A stretch of DNA of 64,000 nucleotides. Origin: Alphaproteobacteria bacterium (lineage in GTDB: Bacteria; Pseudomonadota; Alphaproteobacteria; Micropepsales; Micropepsaceae). The position numbers were made by a program, and so were the translations under genes. This document shows, piece after piece, positions 44,710 to 55,469 of the stretch. Under the pieces are notes generated by a model. It was not told the DNA's origin. It saw nothing but the letters and a program-made list of their open reading frames with translations, and did no database searches. The number at the start of each line of letters is the position of its first letter. Within the stretch, counting starts at the first letter, position 1. The DNA is taken from assembly GCA_009693985.1 (NCBI GenBank), contig SHWE01000004.1:586-64585 (forward strand), given 5' to 3'.

Positions 44710-47676
44710 ATGACTGCGGAATCGAAATCAGACCGGAAGCTGAAGGGGCCGTCGCCCAACGATGTCCTGGAGGCGACCTCATTCCTCTACGGCACCAATG
44801 CCGGCTTCATCGAAGGGCTTTACGCCCAATATTTGAGCGAGCCCGCTTCGGTCGATGGAGCGTGGCGCGCCTTCTTCGACGCGCTGGGCGATTCCGGGCT
44901 CTCCCCCACCCAATTGGGACGGGGCCCGTCCTGGCGGCGCGACGCCAAGCTGCAATTCGAAAATGGCGAGCTGGTGCAGGCGCTGACCTCCAATTGGGCG
45001 GCCCCGGCCGCATCCGCCAAGAAGCCGGCCGCGCCGCAAGCTGCGACTCCCACATCGACCGCCGACGCGGCGACCGCCGCGCAAACCGGCATCCGCACCT
45101 TTCAGCTCGTGCGTGCTTTTCGCCAGCTCGGCCATCTCGAAGCGAATCTCGATCCGCTCGGCCTCGAGAAGCGCAAGCCGATGCCGCAATTGCAGACCAA
45201 TTTCTATTTCCCCGACGACGAACTCGACCGCCCCGTCTTCATGGACGGCCTCATGGGGATGGAGAAGACGACGCCGCGTAAGCTCGTCGAGATCCTGCGG
45301 CGCGTCTATTGCGGACCCATCGGCTACGAATACATGCACATCAACGATCCCGAGCAGCGCGAATGGCTGCAAAGCCGGATCGAAGGCCCCGAAGCGCGCA
45401 TCACCTTCACCGTCAACGGCAAGCGCGCGATCCTGAACAAGCTCGTCGAAGCCGAGATGTTCGAAAAATTCTGCGGCGTGAAATTCGTCGGCACCAAGCG
45501 CTTTGGGCTCGACGGCGGCGAAGCGATGATCCCGGCGCTTGAGCAGATCATCAAGCGCGGCGGCCAATTGGGCGTGCGCGACATCGTGCTCGGCATGCCC
45601 CATCGCGGCCGGCTGAACGTGCTCGCCAATGTGTTGGCCAAGCCCTATCGCCAACTTTTCCACGAATTCCAGGGCGGCTCCGCCAAACCCTCCGACGTGC
45701 AGGGTTCGGGCGACGTCAAATATCATCTCGGCGCTTCGTCGGATCGCGAGTTCGACGGCAAGAAAGTGCATCTGTCCCTGACCGCCAATCCTTCGCATCT
45801 CGAAATCGTCGATCCGGTGGTGCTGGGGAAAGTGCGCGCCAAGCAATTTCAATTGGACGACACGGGCGAGCGCAGTTCGGTTCTGCCCCTGCTGCTGCAC
45901 GGCGATGCGGCGTTCGCGGGCCAAGGCGTGGTGGCGGAATGTTTCGCCATGTCGGGCACCAAGGGCTTCCGCATCGGCGGCACGATCCATTTCATCGTCA
46001 ACAATCAGATCGGCTTCACCACCGCGCCCGCCTATGCGCGCTCTTCGCCCTATCCGTCCGACGTCGCCCTGATGGTGCAGGCGCCGATCTTCCACGTGAA
46101 CGGCGATGATCCCGAAGCCGTCGTGCATGCGACGCGCATCGCCACCGAATTCCGCCAGCTGTTCGGCAAGGACGTCGTCATCGACATGTTCTGCTATCGC
46201 CGCTTCGGCCATAACGAAGGCGACGAGCCGTCATTCACCCAGCCTTTGATGTATCGCGCCATCCACGATCATCCCACTACGCTGGAAATCTATTCCAAGC
46301 GGTTGATCGAAGAGGGCGTCGTTTCCGAAGCCGAAGTTGAAGCGATGGTGGCGGAGTTCCACAAGCGTCTCGAGGATGCGCTGGAAGGCTCCAAAGCGCA
46401 TCTTCCCAACAAGGCCGATTGGCTCGACGGACGCTGGACCGGCTTCGAGACGGCGCCGCGCGGCGACCGTAGAGGCACCACGGGCGCCGAGATGGACCGT
46501 CTGAAAGAAGTCGGCCACGCCATTTCGTCGGCGCCCGACGGCTTCCATTTGCACAAGACCATCGCGCGTCTGCTCGAAACCAAGCGCGGCATGATCGAAA
46601 AAGGCGAAGGCATCGACTGGTCGACCGGCGAAGCGCTCGCTTTCGGCACGCTGCTCGCCGAAGGATTTCCCGTGCGCCTGTGCGGCCAGGATTCCTCGCG
46701 CGGCACCTTCTCGCAGCGCCATTGCGCGCTGGTCGATCAGGAAACCGAGCAACGCTACATCCCGCTCTCCCACATCAACAAGGATCAAGCGGAATTCGAA
46801 GTGGTGGATTCGCTGCTCTCCGAGGAAGCGGTGCTCGGCTTCGAATATGGCTACAGCCTCGCCGAGCCCAAGGCGCTGGTGCTGTGGGAAGCCCAGTTCG
46901 GCGATTTCGTCAATGGCGCCCAGGTCGTCATCGACCAGTTCATCGCCTCGGGCGAAATGAAATGGCTGCGCATGTCGGGCCTGGTGATGCTGCTGCCGCA
47001 TGGCTTCGAAGGCCAGGGGCCAGAACATTCCTCCGCCCGGCTCGAGCGCTTCCTGCAGCTTTGCGCCGACGACAATATGCAAGTCGCCAATTGCACGACG
47101 CCGGCGAACCTGTTCCATATATTGCGCCGGCAATTGCACCGCAATTTCCGCAAGCCCCTGATCGTGATGACGCCCAAATCGCTGCTGCGCCACAAGCGCG
47201 CGGTGTCGAAGCTGAGCGAGATGGGACCGGACACGTCGTTCCACCGCATCCTGTGGGACGATGCCCAAAGCGCGCCCGGCTCGACCATCGCGCTGAAACC
47301 GGATGAAGAGATCAAACGCATCGTCCTGTGCTCGGGCAAGGTCTATTACGATCTGCTCGACGAGCGCGAGAAGATGGGCCAAACCAACGTCCAGCTCTTG
47401 CGCGTGGAACAGCTTTATCCATTCGCCGGCCTCGCGCTGATCGACGAGCTGACGCGCTTCCCCGAAGCCGAAATCATCTGGTGCCAGGAAGAGCCCAAGA
47501 ACCAGGGCGCGTGGAGCTTCATGGCGCCGCATATCGAATCGGTGATGGAACAATTGCATCGCAAAGGACCGCTGCGTTATGCCGGGCGCAAAAGCTCCGC
47601 CTCGCCCGCGGTTGGCCAAGCGAGCCAGCATCTTGCCGAACTGAAAGCCTTCTTGAACGACGCGCTGACCCTTTAG
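44710..47676 (+). CDS. sucA: 2-oxoglutarate dehydrogenase E1 component
   Basis: 988 aa. [34 protein letters not shown] and [12 protein letters not shown] motifs. Confidence 0.97.
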   Translation: MTAESKSDRKLKGPSPNDVLEATSFLYGTNAGFIEGLYAQYLSEPASVDGAWRAFFDALGDSGLSPTQLGRGPSWRRDAKLQFENGELVQALTSNWAAPAASAKKPAAPQAATPTSTADAATAAQTGIRTFQLVRAFRQLGHLEANLDPLGLEKRKPMPQLQTNFYFPDDELDRPVFMDGLMGMEKTTPRKLVEILRRVYCGPIGYEYMHINDPEQREWLQSRIEGPEARITFTVNGKRAILNKLVEAEMFEKFCGVKFVGTKRFGLDGGEAMIPALEQIIKRGGQLGVRDIVLGMPHRGRLNVLANVLAKPYRQLFHEFQGGSAKPSDVQGSGDVKYHLGASSDREFDGKKVHLSLTANPSHLEIVDPVVLGKVRAKQFQLDDTGERSSVLPLLLHGDAAFAGQGVVAECFAMSGTKGFRIGGTIHFIVNNQIGFTTAPAYARSSPYPSDVALMVQAPIFHVNGDDPEAVVHATRIATEFRQLFGKDVVIDMFCYRRFGHNEGDEPSFTQPLMYRAIHDHPTTLEIYSKRLIEEGVVSEAEVEAMVAEFHKRLEDALEGSKAHLPNKADWLDGRWTGFETAPRGDRRGTTGAEMDRLKEVGHAISSAPDGFHLHKTIARLLETKRGMIEKGEGIDWSTGEALAFGTLLAEGFPVRLCGQDSSRGTFSQRHCALVDQETEQRYIPLSHINKDQAEFEVVDSLLSEEAVLGFEYGYSLAEPKALVLWEAQFGDFVNGAQVVIDQFIASGEMKWLRMSGLVMLLPHGFEGQGPEHSSARLERFLQLCADDNMQVANCTTPANLFHILRRQLHRNFRKPLIVMTPKSLLRHKRAVSKLSEMGPDTSFHRILWDDAQSAPGSTIALKPDEEIKRIVLCSGKVYYDLLDEREKMGQTNVQLLRVEQLYPFAGLALIDELTRFPEAEIIWCQEEPKNQGAWSFMAPHIESVMEQLHRKGPLRYAGRKSSASPAVGQASQHLAELKAFLNDALTL

Positions 47677-47695
47677 GCCATACAGAGAGGCCGCC

Positions 47696-48925
47696 ATGAG
47701 CATCCAAATCAAAGTGCCGGCGATGGGGGAATCGGTCACCGAAGCGACCATCGCGCGCTGGCTGAAGAAGGAAGGCGATGCCGTCAAACAGGACGAGCCG
47801 CTGGTCGAGCTTGAAACCGACAAGGTGAATGTCGAGGTGCCCTCGCCCGCCGCCGGCGTGCTGGAACATATCGAGGTCCAGCAAGGCGGCACCGTGAGCG
47901 TCGGCACCGTGCTCGGCGCTGTCAAAGAAGGCGCCGCACCCAAGGCCGAAGCGAAAGCCGACGCAAAGCCGGAGAGGCGCGCGGAAGCCGCAAAAAACGA
48001 AGCTCCCAAAGCTAAAGCAGCCAATAGTACGCCTCCGCCGCCACCGCCATCGGTCAGGCGCATCGCCGAGGAAGAGAAGCTCGAAATCTCGTCCATTGCC
48101 GGATCCGGCAAGCGCGGACAGGTGACCAAGGGCGATGCGTTGAAGGCGCTGGAAACGGCGAAGACCGCGACCGCTGCTGCGAAGCCTGCCGCACCGTCCG
48201 CAGCCCAGGGGCCGCGCCCCAAGGCGGAACGCGAGGAGCGCGTGGCGATGTCGCGCCTGCGCAAGACCATCGCGCTGCGCCTCAAGGAAAGCCAGGAGAT
48301 CGCCGCCCAGCTCACCACCTTCAACGAAGTCGACATGTCGAAGGTGATGGGCTTGCGCGCCGCCTATAAGGACGGCTTCGAGAAGAAGCACGGCGTCAAG
48401 CTCGGCTTCATGTCCTTCTTCGTCAAAGCGTGCGTGGCGGCGTTGAAGGAGATTCCGGGCGTCAACGCCGAGATCGACGGCGACGACATCGTCTACAAGA
48501 ATTATTACGACATCGGCGTCGCCGTCTCGACCGAGCGCGGGCTTGTGGTGCCGGTGGTGCGCGAAGCCGATGCGCTCTCGCTCGCCGACATCGAGAAGAC
48601 CATCGGCGATTTCGGCGCGCGCGCCTGCGACAACAAATTGAAGCTCGAGGAATTGCTCGGCGGCACCTTCACCATCACCAATGGCGGCGTGTTCGGCTCG
48701 CTGATGTCGACGCCGATCCTCAACATGCCGCAATCGGGCATTCTCGGGATGCACAAGATCCAGAACCGGCCCGTCGCGATCGGCGACAAGATCGAAATCC
48801 GGCCGATGATGTATCTGGCGCTGTCCTACGATCATCGCCTCGTCGATGGGCGCGAGGCCGTCACCTTCCTGGTGCGGGTGAAGGAAAATCTCGAAGACCC
48901 GCAGCGCATGCTACTGGATTTGTAA
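47696..48925 (+). CDS. sucB: dihydrolipoyllysine-residue succinyltransferase (E2o)
   Basis: Lipoyl domain [14 protein letters not shown], Ala/Pro linker, catalytic [13 protein letters not shown]. Confidence 0.97.
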   Translation: MSIQIKVPAMGESVTEATIARWLKKEGDAVKQDEPLVELETDKVNVEVPSPAAGVLEHIEVQQGGTVSVGTVLGAVKEGAAPKAEAKADAKPERRAEAAKNEAPKAKAANSTPPPPPPSVRRIAEEEKLEISSIAGSGKRGQVTKGDALKALETAKTATAAAKPAAPSAAQGPRPKAEREERVAMSRLRKTIALRLKESQEIAAQLTTFNEVDMSKVMGLRAAYKDGFEKKHGVKLGFMSFFVKACVAALKEIPGVNAEIDGDDIVYKNYYDIGVAVSTERGLVVPVVREADALSLADIEKTIGDFGARACDNKLKLEELLGGTFTITNGGVFGSLMSTPILNMPQSGILGMHKIQNRPVAIGDKIEIRPMMYLALSYDHRLVDGREAVTFLVRVKENLEDPQRMLLDL

Positions 48926-48927
48926 TC

Positions 48928-50328
48928 ATGGCCGACCAATTCGATGTGGTGGTCATCGGGGGCGGTCCCGGCGGTTACAATTGCGCCATCCGTCTGGGCC
49001 AGCTCGGGCTCAAAGCGGCTTGCGTCGATGCGCGCGGCACGTTCGGCGGCACCTGCCTGAATGTCGGCTGCATTCCTTCCAAAGCGCTGCTGCACGCAAG
49101 CGATCTCTATCAGATGGCGCGCCTCGATTTTCCGAGGTTCGGCATCACGGGCACGCTCGGCCTCGATCTGAACGCCATGATGGCGCACAAGAACAAGGTG
49201 GTCGGCGAGCTCACCAAGGGCGTCGAGTACCTGCTCAAGAAGAACAAGTGCGAAGCCATTGTCGGCGAGGCGAAGATCGCAGCCCCGGGGCGCGTCACCG
49301 TGACCACCAAGGACGGCACGCGCGAGCTGGAAACCAAGAACATCGTCATCGCCACCGGCTCCGATGTGACGCCGCTCGCGGGCGTCACTATCGATGAAAA
49401 GCAAATCGTCTCCTCGGCCGGCGCATTGTCGTTTGAGTCTGCACCGCCGCGGCTGCTGGTCGTCGGCGCCGGCGTGATCGGGCTGGAGCTCGGCTCGGTC
49501 TGGCGGCGGCTCGGCTCGGACGTCACGGTGGTCGAATTCCTCGACCGCATTGTGCCGGGCGTCGATTCCGAAGTGGCGAAGCAATTTCAGCGCTTGCTCG
49601 AAAAGCAAGGGATGAAATTCAAGCTCGCGGCAAAGGTCGTCGGCGTCGAGAAGAACGGCGCGGCGCTTTCCGTCGCCATCGAACCCGCCGCCGGGGGGCT
49701 GCGCGAGATGTTCGAAGCCGATGCGATGCTGGTCGCCATCGGACGGCGCGCCTTCACGGACGGGCTCGGGCTCGATGCCATCGGCATAAAACGCGACTCA
49801 CGCGGCCGCGTGATGACGGACGCGCATTTCGAGACCAATGTGGACGGCATCTGGGCCATCGGCGACGTGCGCGAAGGCGCGATGCTGGCGCACAAGGCAG
49901 AGGACGAAGCGGTCGCCTGCGCGGAACTCATCGCCGGGCACGCCGGGCACGTCAATTACGACGCCATTCCGTCGGTCATCTACACCTATCCGGAAGTCGC
50001 GACGGTCGGAAAGACGGAAGAGGAATTGAAGTCGGCGGGCGTCGCCTACAAGGTCGGCAAATTCCCCTTCACCGCCAATGCGCGGGCCAAATCGAATCTG
50101 ACGACCGAGGGTTTCGTGAAGATCATCGCCGACGCTAAGACCGACCGGGTCTTGGGTGTGCACATGATCGGCCCCGATGTCGGTAACATGATCGGCGAGG
50201 CCTCGCTCGCCATCGAGTTCTCGGCGTCTTCCGAAGACATCGCGCGCACCAGCCACCCGCATCCGACGCTGACCGAAGCGATCCGTCAGGCCGCCATGGC
50301 CGTCGGCGGCTGGACCATGCAGATGTGA
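48928..50328 (+). CDS. lpdA: dihydrolipoyl dehydrogenase (E3)
   Basis: VVVIGGGPGGY, GGTCLNVGCIPSK redox disulfide and HPHPTLTE. Confidence 0.97.
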   Translation: MADQFDVVVIGGGPGGYNCAIRLGQLGLKAACVDARGTFGGTCLNVGCIPSKALLHASDLYQMARLDFPRFGITGTLGLDLNAMMAHKNKVVGELTKGVEYLLKKNKCEAIVGEAKIAAPGRVTVTTKDGTRELETKNIVIATGSDVTPLAGVTIDEKQIVSSAGALSFESAPPRLLVVGAGVIGLELGSVWRRLGSDVTVVEFLDRIVPGVDSEVAKQFQRLLEKQGMKFKLAAKVVGVEKNGAALSVAIEPAAGGLREMFEADAMLVAIGRRAFTDGLGLDAIGIKRDSRGRVMTDAHFETNVDGIWAIGDVREGAMLAHKAEDEAVACAELIAGHAGHVNYDAIPSVIYTYPEVATVGKTEEELKSAGVAYKVGKFPFTANARAKSNLTTEGFVKIIADAKTDRVLGVHMIGPDVGNMIGEASLAIEFSASSEDIARTSHPHPTLTEAIRQAAMAVGGWTMQM

Positions 50329-50353
50329 CACGCATTAGCGTGTCACAAGAAAA

Positions 50354-50381
50354 AGCCCCGCGGGGCGAACCCCACGGGGCT
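50354..50381. terminator. bidirectional hairpin between lpdA and the convergent DUF992 gene
   Basis: AGCCCCGCGGGG-cgaa-CCCCACGGGGCT (one mismatch), with an A-run on plus and a T-run on minus. A second hairpin TGACACGC-atta-GCGTGTCA at 50326-50345 overlaps the lpdA stop. Confidence 0.6.
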
Positions 50382-50437
50382 ATCAAAAAGGCTGCTGCTT
50401 CTTGGCGAGCGTTTAGCCTTTGTATGCTGGAGCTTTT

Positions 50438-50911
50438 TTAGCTCGCGTGTTTCAGGTTCACCGCGCCGATGCCGGCCGCGACGTTCAACCCGGTATTGCC
50501 TTCGATGCTGAGCGGCTGCAGCGCGATCGACTTGTCGAACCCGCCGACGAGCACGTTGGCACCAAGGCCAACGCCGACCGTCGCTTGGGCCGACACGCCG
50601 CCATAGCCACCTTCAAGCGCGCCCGGCTTCAGGTCGGACGCCGGCGCGATCACATTCCAGATGATGACGCCGCCCTTGGTATAGCCGATGTCGATGCCGA
50701 CCTTGGAGATGTCGCCCATATAACGCTCGGGCGAACCGCCATTGGGCACATAGCTGCAGCGGATATCCTTGGACGAGCCGAGGATGTAGCCCCAGCCGGA
50801 TTCCACGTTGTAGGTCAGCACGCCGACCTTCACGCCGGCCGCCTGGGCAGGCATCGCGAACGCGCTGATAGCAAGCACAGCCGCGCCAATCATGCCGAGT
50901 TTGTTAGACAT
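50438..50911 (-). CDS. DUF992-like secreted protein
   Basis: Signal peptide ...AMPAQA. G.LTY....GWGYILGSSKDIRCSY....ERYMGDISKVGIDIGYT...NVLVGGFDKSIALQPLS resembles DUF992 of Rhizobiales. Confidence 0.65.
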   Translation of the reverse strand: MSNKLGMIGAAVLAISAFAMPAQAAGVKVGVLTYNVESGWGYILGSSKDIRCSYVPNGGSPERYMGDISKVGIDIGYTKGGVIIWNVIAPASDLKPGALEGGYGGVSAQATVGVGLGANVLVGGFDKSIALQPLSIEGNTGLNVAAGIGAVNLKHAS

Positions 50912-51073
50912 GGTGAATCTCCTTCGTTTGTCGTTCTACGGAATTGTCCCTTCCCGGCCACGGATTTCGCGTCCGGTTCGTCTGGCTAGGTAACGTCCCG
51001 GCTACGGTCTGGTTCCGCGTTTGGACAACGGCCGAGGTGACGCTTTCCATCCGGCATCACTGAGCCGGCACCG

Positions 51074-52312
51074 TTAAGGTCTTTTCTCGAGGTCACGCAC
51101 TTGTTCGGGACGAAAGCCGATGCCGACCAACCGCGCAGGGAGACGGCGCAGCCACGGACAGCGATCCAATAGTTTCACCGCGAGAGGCGGCTTGGGATCG
51201 CGCTTCAAGTTTAGCACACGCGTCATGATCCGATTCTGGATCGCGCGTTGCAGAATTTGCGTGAGCTTCGCGGCAAGCGCGCGGCGCTTCTGCACCTTGG
51301 CGAGCAGGCCGAGCGGGACCACGCCTTCGCGCAACGCATCGCCGAGAATATTCGCCGCCGCCACCGCATCCTGGATTGCGAGATTGATGCCGACGCCGCC
51401 GATGGGCGACATCGCATGCGCCGCATCTCCGATGCAGAGAAGACCGGGCCGATACCATTGGCGCAAGCGGTCGACCGTCACGGTCAGCAATTTGATCTGC
51501 TCCCAATCTTCGAGTTCGGCCACGCGGTCGGCGCAATTCGGCGCCACCCGCACGATGAGCGCGCGGAACGCGTCCACCCCCCCCGCCTTCAAACGGTCCG
51601 CGCCACCCTTCGGAATGACGAGGGCGCATTGCCAATAATCGCCACGGTCGAGCGTGACGAAGATAGCGCCCGCCGCGATGCGCCCCAAAACTTCGGCGGA
51701 ATCGGTTTCCTTGCGCGACAGCCGCAGCCACAACACGTCGATGGGCACGCCGAATTCGTCACGCGGCAACCCTGCGGCGTCGCGCAAGGTGGAATGACGC
51801 CCGTCGCAAGCCACCACAAGATCGGCGCGGACAGAAAGCGGTCCCTCCGGTGTCGTCGCCGCAACGCCGACGATGCGTTCGCACTCGGTGACGAGATCCG
51901 TCGCTTCCGCTTCCATCGCTAAGCGAAAATTCGGATAGCGCTTGGCGGCGCTGCTGAGAAAATCCAGAAAGTCCCATTGCGGCATCAGCGCGATGAAACG
52001 GCAATGCGCCGGTACATGGGTGAAATCGGCGAGCCGCACACTGACCCCGCCGATGATGCCGGAGAGCTCGCTTAACCGCTGATGGGGGCGCTGGAGGAAT
52101 TCCTCCAGCAGGCCGAGTTCGTACATCACCTCCAGCGTCGAGGGATGCACCGTGTCGCCGCGAAAGTCGCGTAGGAAACCCTTGTGCTTCTCCAGCACCA
52201 GGACTTCGACGCCCGCGCGCGCCAGGAGCAGACCCAGCATCATGCCAGCCGGCCCGCCGCCCACGATGCAGCAGCGCGTCTTTATGGTCTCGGCTTCCCC
52301 GTCCCGGCGCAT
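51074..52312 (-). CDS. FAD-dependent monooxygenase/oxidoreductase
   Basis: CCIVGGGPAGMMLGLLLARAGVEVLVLEK dinucleotide fold and GDAAHAMSPIGGVGINLAIQDA. ATG 52312 is preceded by GAGGG. Confidence 0.85.
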   Translation of the reverse strand: MRRDGEAETIKTRCCIVGGGPAGMMLGLLLARAGVEVLVLEKHKGFLRDFRGDTVHPSTLEVMYELGLLEEFLQRPHQRLSELSGIIGGVSVRLADFTHVPAHCRFIALMPQWDFLDFLSSAAKRYPNFRLAMEAEATDLVTECERIVGVAATTPEGPLSVRADLVVACDGRHSTLRDAAGLPRDEFGVPIDVLWLRLSRKETDSAEVLGRIAAGAIFVTLDRGDYWQCALVIPKGGADRLKAGGVDAFRALIVRVAPNCADRVAELEDWEQIKLLTVTVDRLRQWYRPGLLCIGDAAHAMSPIGGVGINLAIQDAVAAANILGDALREGVVPLGLLAKVQKRRALAAKLTQILQRAIQNRIMTRVLNLKRDPKPPLAVKLLDRCPWLRRLPARLVGIGFRPEQVRDLEKRP

Positions 52313-52404
52313 GGTGGAAGCCCTCACGCTATCGGCATCAGGCGGGATTCTAGCTATTTTGGCGGGAAAGCGACAATATCGGGCAAAGGCGCTGGGAGGC
52401 ATTC

Positions 52405-53913
52405 ATGTCTGACAATCACGACCAATTAGGCCGCAGAAGTTTCCTCAACAGAATCGCGGCGGCCGCCTCCGCCGTGCCGTTGGCGCCCGCGCTACTCGCC
52501 ATTCCCGCAGCCTCCGTCCCGGCGCGCGAAGCCGAAGCCGCCCAGGCTGCGGCCGCGCATAAGGGCGCGTCCGGCTACACGCCGAAGCTCGCCGATTACG
52601 TGACGAAGTTCCGCTATGACGATGCGCCGGCCGAAGTGCGCCAGCGCATGAAGGACTGCATCACCGATACGGTGGCGGTGATCCTCTATGGCGGCCAGCT
52701 GCCGTGGAGCCAGATGATCATCGCTCACGCGAAGAAGACCGGCCCCGGCGGCAAGAGCCGCATCCTGGGCACGGGCGCGACGGGCGTGCAAGCGCCGTCG
52801 GCCGCGCTCGCGCATGGTGCGATGACGCACGCTTTCGAGCTCGACAATCTGACCGATCCCAATTCCGGTTCGCATCCTGGCGCGACCATGTTTTCGGCCG
52901 GGCTCGCGGTCGCGCAGGAACGCGGCCTTGGCGGACGCGCTCTGCTCGAAGGGATGATCGCGGGCGGTGAAGCGATGATCCGCATCGGACTGGCGGCGAA
53001 GGGCACGCTGGAACCGCGCGGCTTCCATGCGCCGGGCACCACAGGACCGTTCGGCGGCGCCATCACGGTCGGCAAGCTGATGGGCTTCGACAATGTCAAA
53101 ATGACCAACGCGCTCGGCATTGCCGGCTCGCTCTGCGGCGGGCTTCTCGAATTCGCGCATTCGGGAACCGGCGCGATGGTGAAGCGCCTGCATTTGGGAC
53201 GCGCCGCCGAATCGGGCGTGCTTGCGGCCAGTCTGGCAGCGGACGGATTCACCGGACCCAACACGGTGCTCGAAGGTGAAGCCGGTTATCTCAACGCCTT
53301 CGGCGAGGATCCCGATTACGAAGTGCTCACGGGCGGGCTCGGACGCGATTACGTGAATATGAGCATCATGTTGAAGCGCTTCGCCTGCCACATCACCGCG
53401 CACCGCCCCGTTGAAGCGATGCTCGATTTGCGCAACGAGCACAAATTCGCGCCCGCCGACATCGAAACCATCGCCATCACCGGCAATCAGCGCATGGTAG
53501 GGCCGAACAATATTCCAGCCCCGCCCGACCGCCTGCTGGCGCAATACAGCGTGCCGTTCTCGGTCGCGCTTTCGCTTTATCGCAATCCCATCGATCCGGA
53601 CTCATTCGACGAGAACGTGCATCGCGATGCGCAAATCCTCGCGATGGCCAAGCGCGTGAAGATGATCATTAAGCCCGGCCAGACGCGCGAAGATATGACG
53701 ACGACCCTTGCCGTCACGCTCAAGAACGGCCGTACACTGACGAAATTGACGACCGAATTCCAAGGCACGCCGGCGCGGCCTCTGAATCGTGCAGGCTTGC
53801 GCGAAAAATTCATGCTGATGAGCAAGCGCTTCCAGCGCGCTGAGATGGAGCGTCTGTTCGACCGCCTGCAAAACATCGAGACCGAGCGAAACCTCGACTG
53901 GATTTCGGTCTGA
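52405..53913 (+). CDS. MmgE/PrpD family protein with twin-arginine signal peptide
   Basis: N-terminus GRRSFLNRIAAAASAVPLAPALLAIPAA is Tat-type. The body has the PrpD-family profile (HA.ELDN..., G.HPGA, HAPG..G.FG). Confidence 0.86.
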   Translation: MSDNHDQLGRRSFLNRIAAAASAVPLAPALLAIPAASVPAREAEAAQAAAAHKGASGYTPKLADYVTKFRYDDAPAEVRQRMKDCITDTVAVILYGGQLPWSQMIIAHAKKTGPGGKSRILGTGATGVQAPSAALAHGAMTHAFELDNLTDPNSGSHPGATMFSAGLAVAQERGLGGRALLEGMIAGGEAMIRIGLAAKGTLEPRGFHAPGTTGPFGGAITVGKLMGFDNVKMTNALGIAGSLCGGLLEFAHSGTGAMVKRLHLGRAAESGVLAASLAADGFTGPNTVLEGEAGYLNAFGEDPDYEVLTGGLGRDYVNMSIMLKRFACHITAHRPVEAMLDLRNEHKFAPADIETIAITGNQRMVGPNNIPAPPDRLLAQYSVPFSVALSLYRNPIDPDSFDENVHRDAQILAMAKRVKMIIKPGQTREDMTTTLAVTLKNGRTLTKLTTEFQGTPARPLNRAGLREKFMLMSKRFQRAEMERLFDRLQNIETERNLDWISV

Positions 53914-53940
53914 TTTTTCGCAAGTGCGGCCGCGCTCGCG

Positions 53941-53966
53941 GTTCCCGATTTTAACGATTCGGGAAC
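53941..53966 (+). terminator. hairpin GTTCCCGA-N10-TCGGGAAC after the PrpD-family gene
   Basis: 8-bp stem 28 nt after the stop, with no clear U-tract. Confidence 0.35.
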
Positions 53967-54017
53967 GATGGGAATTCGTGAACGTTTGTACTTCGATCCG
54001 ATAAGGAGAGAAGGGAC

Positions 54018-54317
54018 ATGTTCGCGAAATCCTCACTCAAACATCTAAGCCTATCGGCCGTGCTGTTCGCCGGCCTCGCATTGACGGCTTGCGGAACGAC
54101 GCCGGGAGAACGCGCGCTGTCGGGCGGCTTGCTCGGTGCGGGCACCGGCGCCGCCATCGGTTCGCTGAGCGGAAGCGCCGGAACGGGCGCCATCATCGGC
54201 GGTCTCGGCGGCGCGGCCATTGGCGCCATCACGACGCCGTCGAGCCAACGCACCTCTTATCGCAGCCGTTGCGTACGCTGGTCGCCCTCGACGGGACGCT
54301 GCACACGGCGTGCATAG
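54018..54317 (+). CDS. glycine-zipper lipoprotein
   Basis: SD AAGGAG. Lipobox LALTAC. GLLGAGTGAAIGSLSGSAGTGAIIGGLGGAAIGAI is a glycine zipper, followed by a C-x-x-W...G-x-C tail. Confidence 0.7.
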   Translation: MFAKSSLKHLSLSAVLFAGLALTACGTTPGERALSGGLLGAGTGAAIGSLSGSAGTGAIIGGLGGAAIGAITTPSSQRTSYRSRCVRWSPSTGRCTRRA

Positions 54318-55241
54318 TTGTTGATATCCCGCCGCGCATTCCGCGGCCACGTTCAGAAATCTTAGCGTACTTTCCTTGCCCATGACGAAGGGATGCGGTG
54401 CCCCCGTTGTGCGGGTTTTCAGCGCCGCGATTTTATTGAGCGCATCGTCATAGCTCGGATGATTCGACGGCGTCACGTCGGCCTCGCGCTCGTCAACCAC
54501 ACGGGAAAATTTCTCCGCCGAGTCGATGTAGGCCGTAAAGTTCTCCGGTATGGGCCGGAAGTTGAATGCCGTCCCGCCCCACTGCGCGCCGACATGACGC
54601 CGTTCGCCGTCTTTTAGCGGCATGATGATGGAAAGCGTGCCCGGCGTGTGCGGCGGCGTTACGGTGAATTCGATAGTGGTGTCGCCAAGCGTGAGCGCAC
54701 CGCCATCGCGCACCGAAAGACCGCGCTTGGGGATCGGCCCGCGCGCCGGATTGGTCACCGGCGACAGCGCGGCCAGATAATCCCAATCGATGCTGCTCAT
54801 CACCAATTGGGCGCGGAATTTGTCGGCGAGATATTGCGCGCCGCCGAAATGATCGCCATGGGCGTGCGTGATGACGACATATTTGATCGCCGCCGGATCG
54901 AGCCCCAGTTTCCGTAAACCGCCTTCGATAGAGGTCTCGGCTTCCTGCGCATTATTCAGCGCATCGATGACGATGATGCCGTCCGAGGTGGTGAGGGCCC
55001 AGGCCGATACGCTGGGGATGCCGACGAAATAGAGATTGTCGAACACCTTCGCGGGTTCGGCGGTGTTGTTTCCGGCTCCGGACGCGCGCGACGCGCAGAG
55101 GCTCAAAATTCCCGTCTGGTCCTTGCCGGCGGCTCTTATCGCGGCGGCGATATGGCTCTCGGCCGATGCCGCCCATGCTCCATATCCGATAAGCGTCAGG
55201 CTCGCCGCGAGCGCCGCCGTCGTAACATTCGCCCTGGACAT
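54051..55241 (-). CDS. secreted MBL-fold hydrolase (subclass-B3-like HAHGDH motif)
   Basis: Signal peptide from MSRANVTTAALAASLTLIGYGAWA. FDNLYFVG, ITHAHGDHFGG and TPPHTPGT. Recognisable similarity ends near 54315, but the frame stays open for 87 more codons antisense to the lipoprotein gene. Confidence 0.78.
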   Translation of the reverse strand: MSRANVTTAALAASLTLIGYGAWAASAESHIAAAIRAAGKDQTGILSLCASRASGAGNNTAEPAKVFDNLYFVGIPSVSAWALTTSDGIIVIDALNNAQEAETSIEGGLRKLGLDPAAIKYVVITHAHGDHFGGAQYLADKFRAQLVMSSIDWDYLAALSPVTNPARGPIPKRGLSVRDGGALTLGDTTIEFTVTPPHTPGTLSIIMPLKDGERRHVGAQWGGTAFNFRPIPENFTAYIDSAEKFSRVVDEREADVTPSNHPSYDDALNKIAALKTRTTGAPHPFVMGKESTLRFLNVAAECAAGYQQLCTPCAASRRGRPAYATAAIRGALARRRRDGANGRAAETADDGARSGASAQRTDGGAGARTEQAARQRAFSRRRSASRQCEAGEQHGR

Positions 55242-55381
55242 GGTGTTGCCTTTCGCGGGAACCGTCGGAAGGTTAGAGCGCGCAACGCGGCGCGCCAACC
55301 GAAGCTGCGCGAAGCCGTTAACAGCCCTCCTTCGCCCCAGCGGCTTCGGAGGGCAACCTTCCGCTGCTGCGCAGCGAAGGT

Positions 55382-55469
55382 TGGTGGCCCCGGCCCGACT
55401 TGAACGGGCACGTCCCTTTCGGAACAACGGATTTTAAGTCCGGTGCGTCTACCATTCCGCCACGGGGCC
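55382..55469 (-). tRNA. tRNA-Leu (anticodon UAA), long variable arm, CCA encoded
   Basis: Reverse complement GGCCCCGTGGCGGAATGGTAGACGCACCGGACTTAAAATCCGTTGTTCCGAAAGGGACGTGCCCGTTCAAGTCGGGCCGGGGCCACCA. Hand fold gives anticodon loop CTTAAAA, with a C:T mismatch at the top of the anticodon stem. Confidence 0.92.

Noticed and set aside
44779-48835. Very long ORFs antisense to sucA/sucB (477, 701 and 438 aa: 44779-46212, 46231-48336, 47519-48835).
   Set aside because: They lie entirely opposite strongly recognisable E1o/E2o genes, and their products are Arg/Ala/Gly-rich low-complexity sequence. They are typical shadow ORFs caused by the scarcity of stop codons on the antisense strand of GC3-rich genes.
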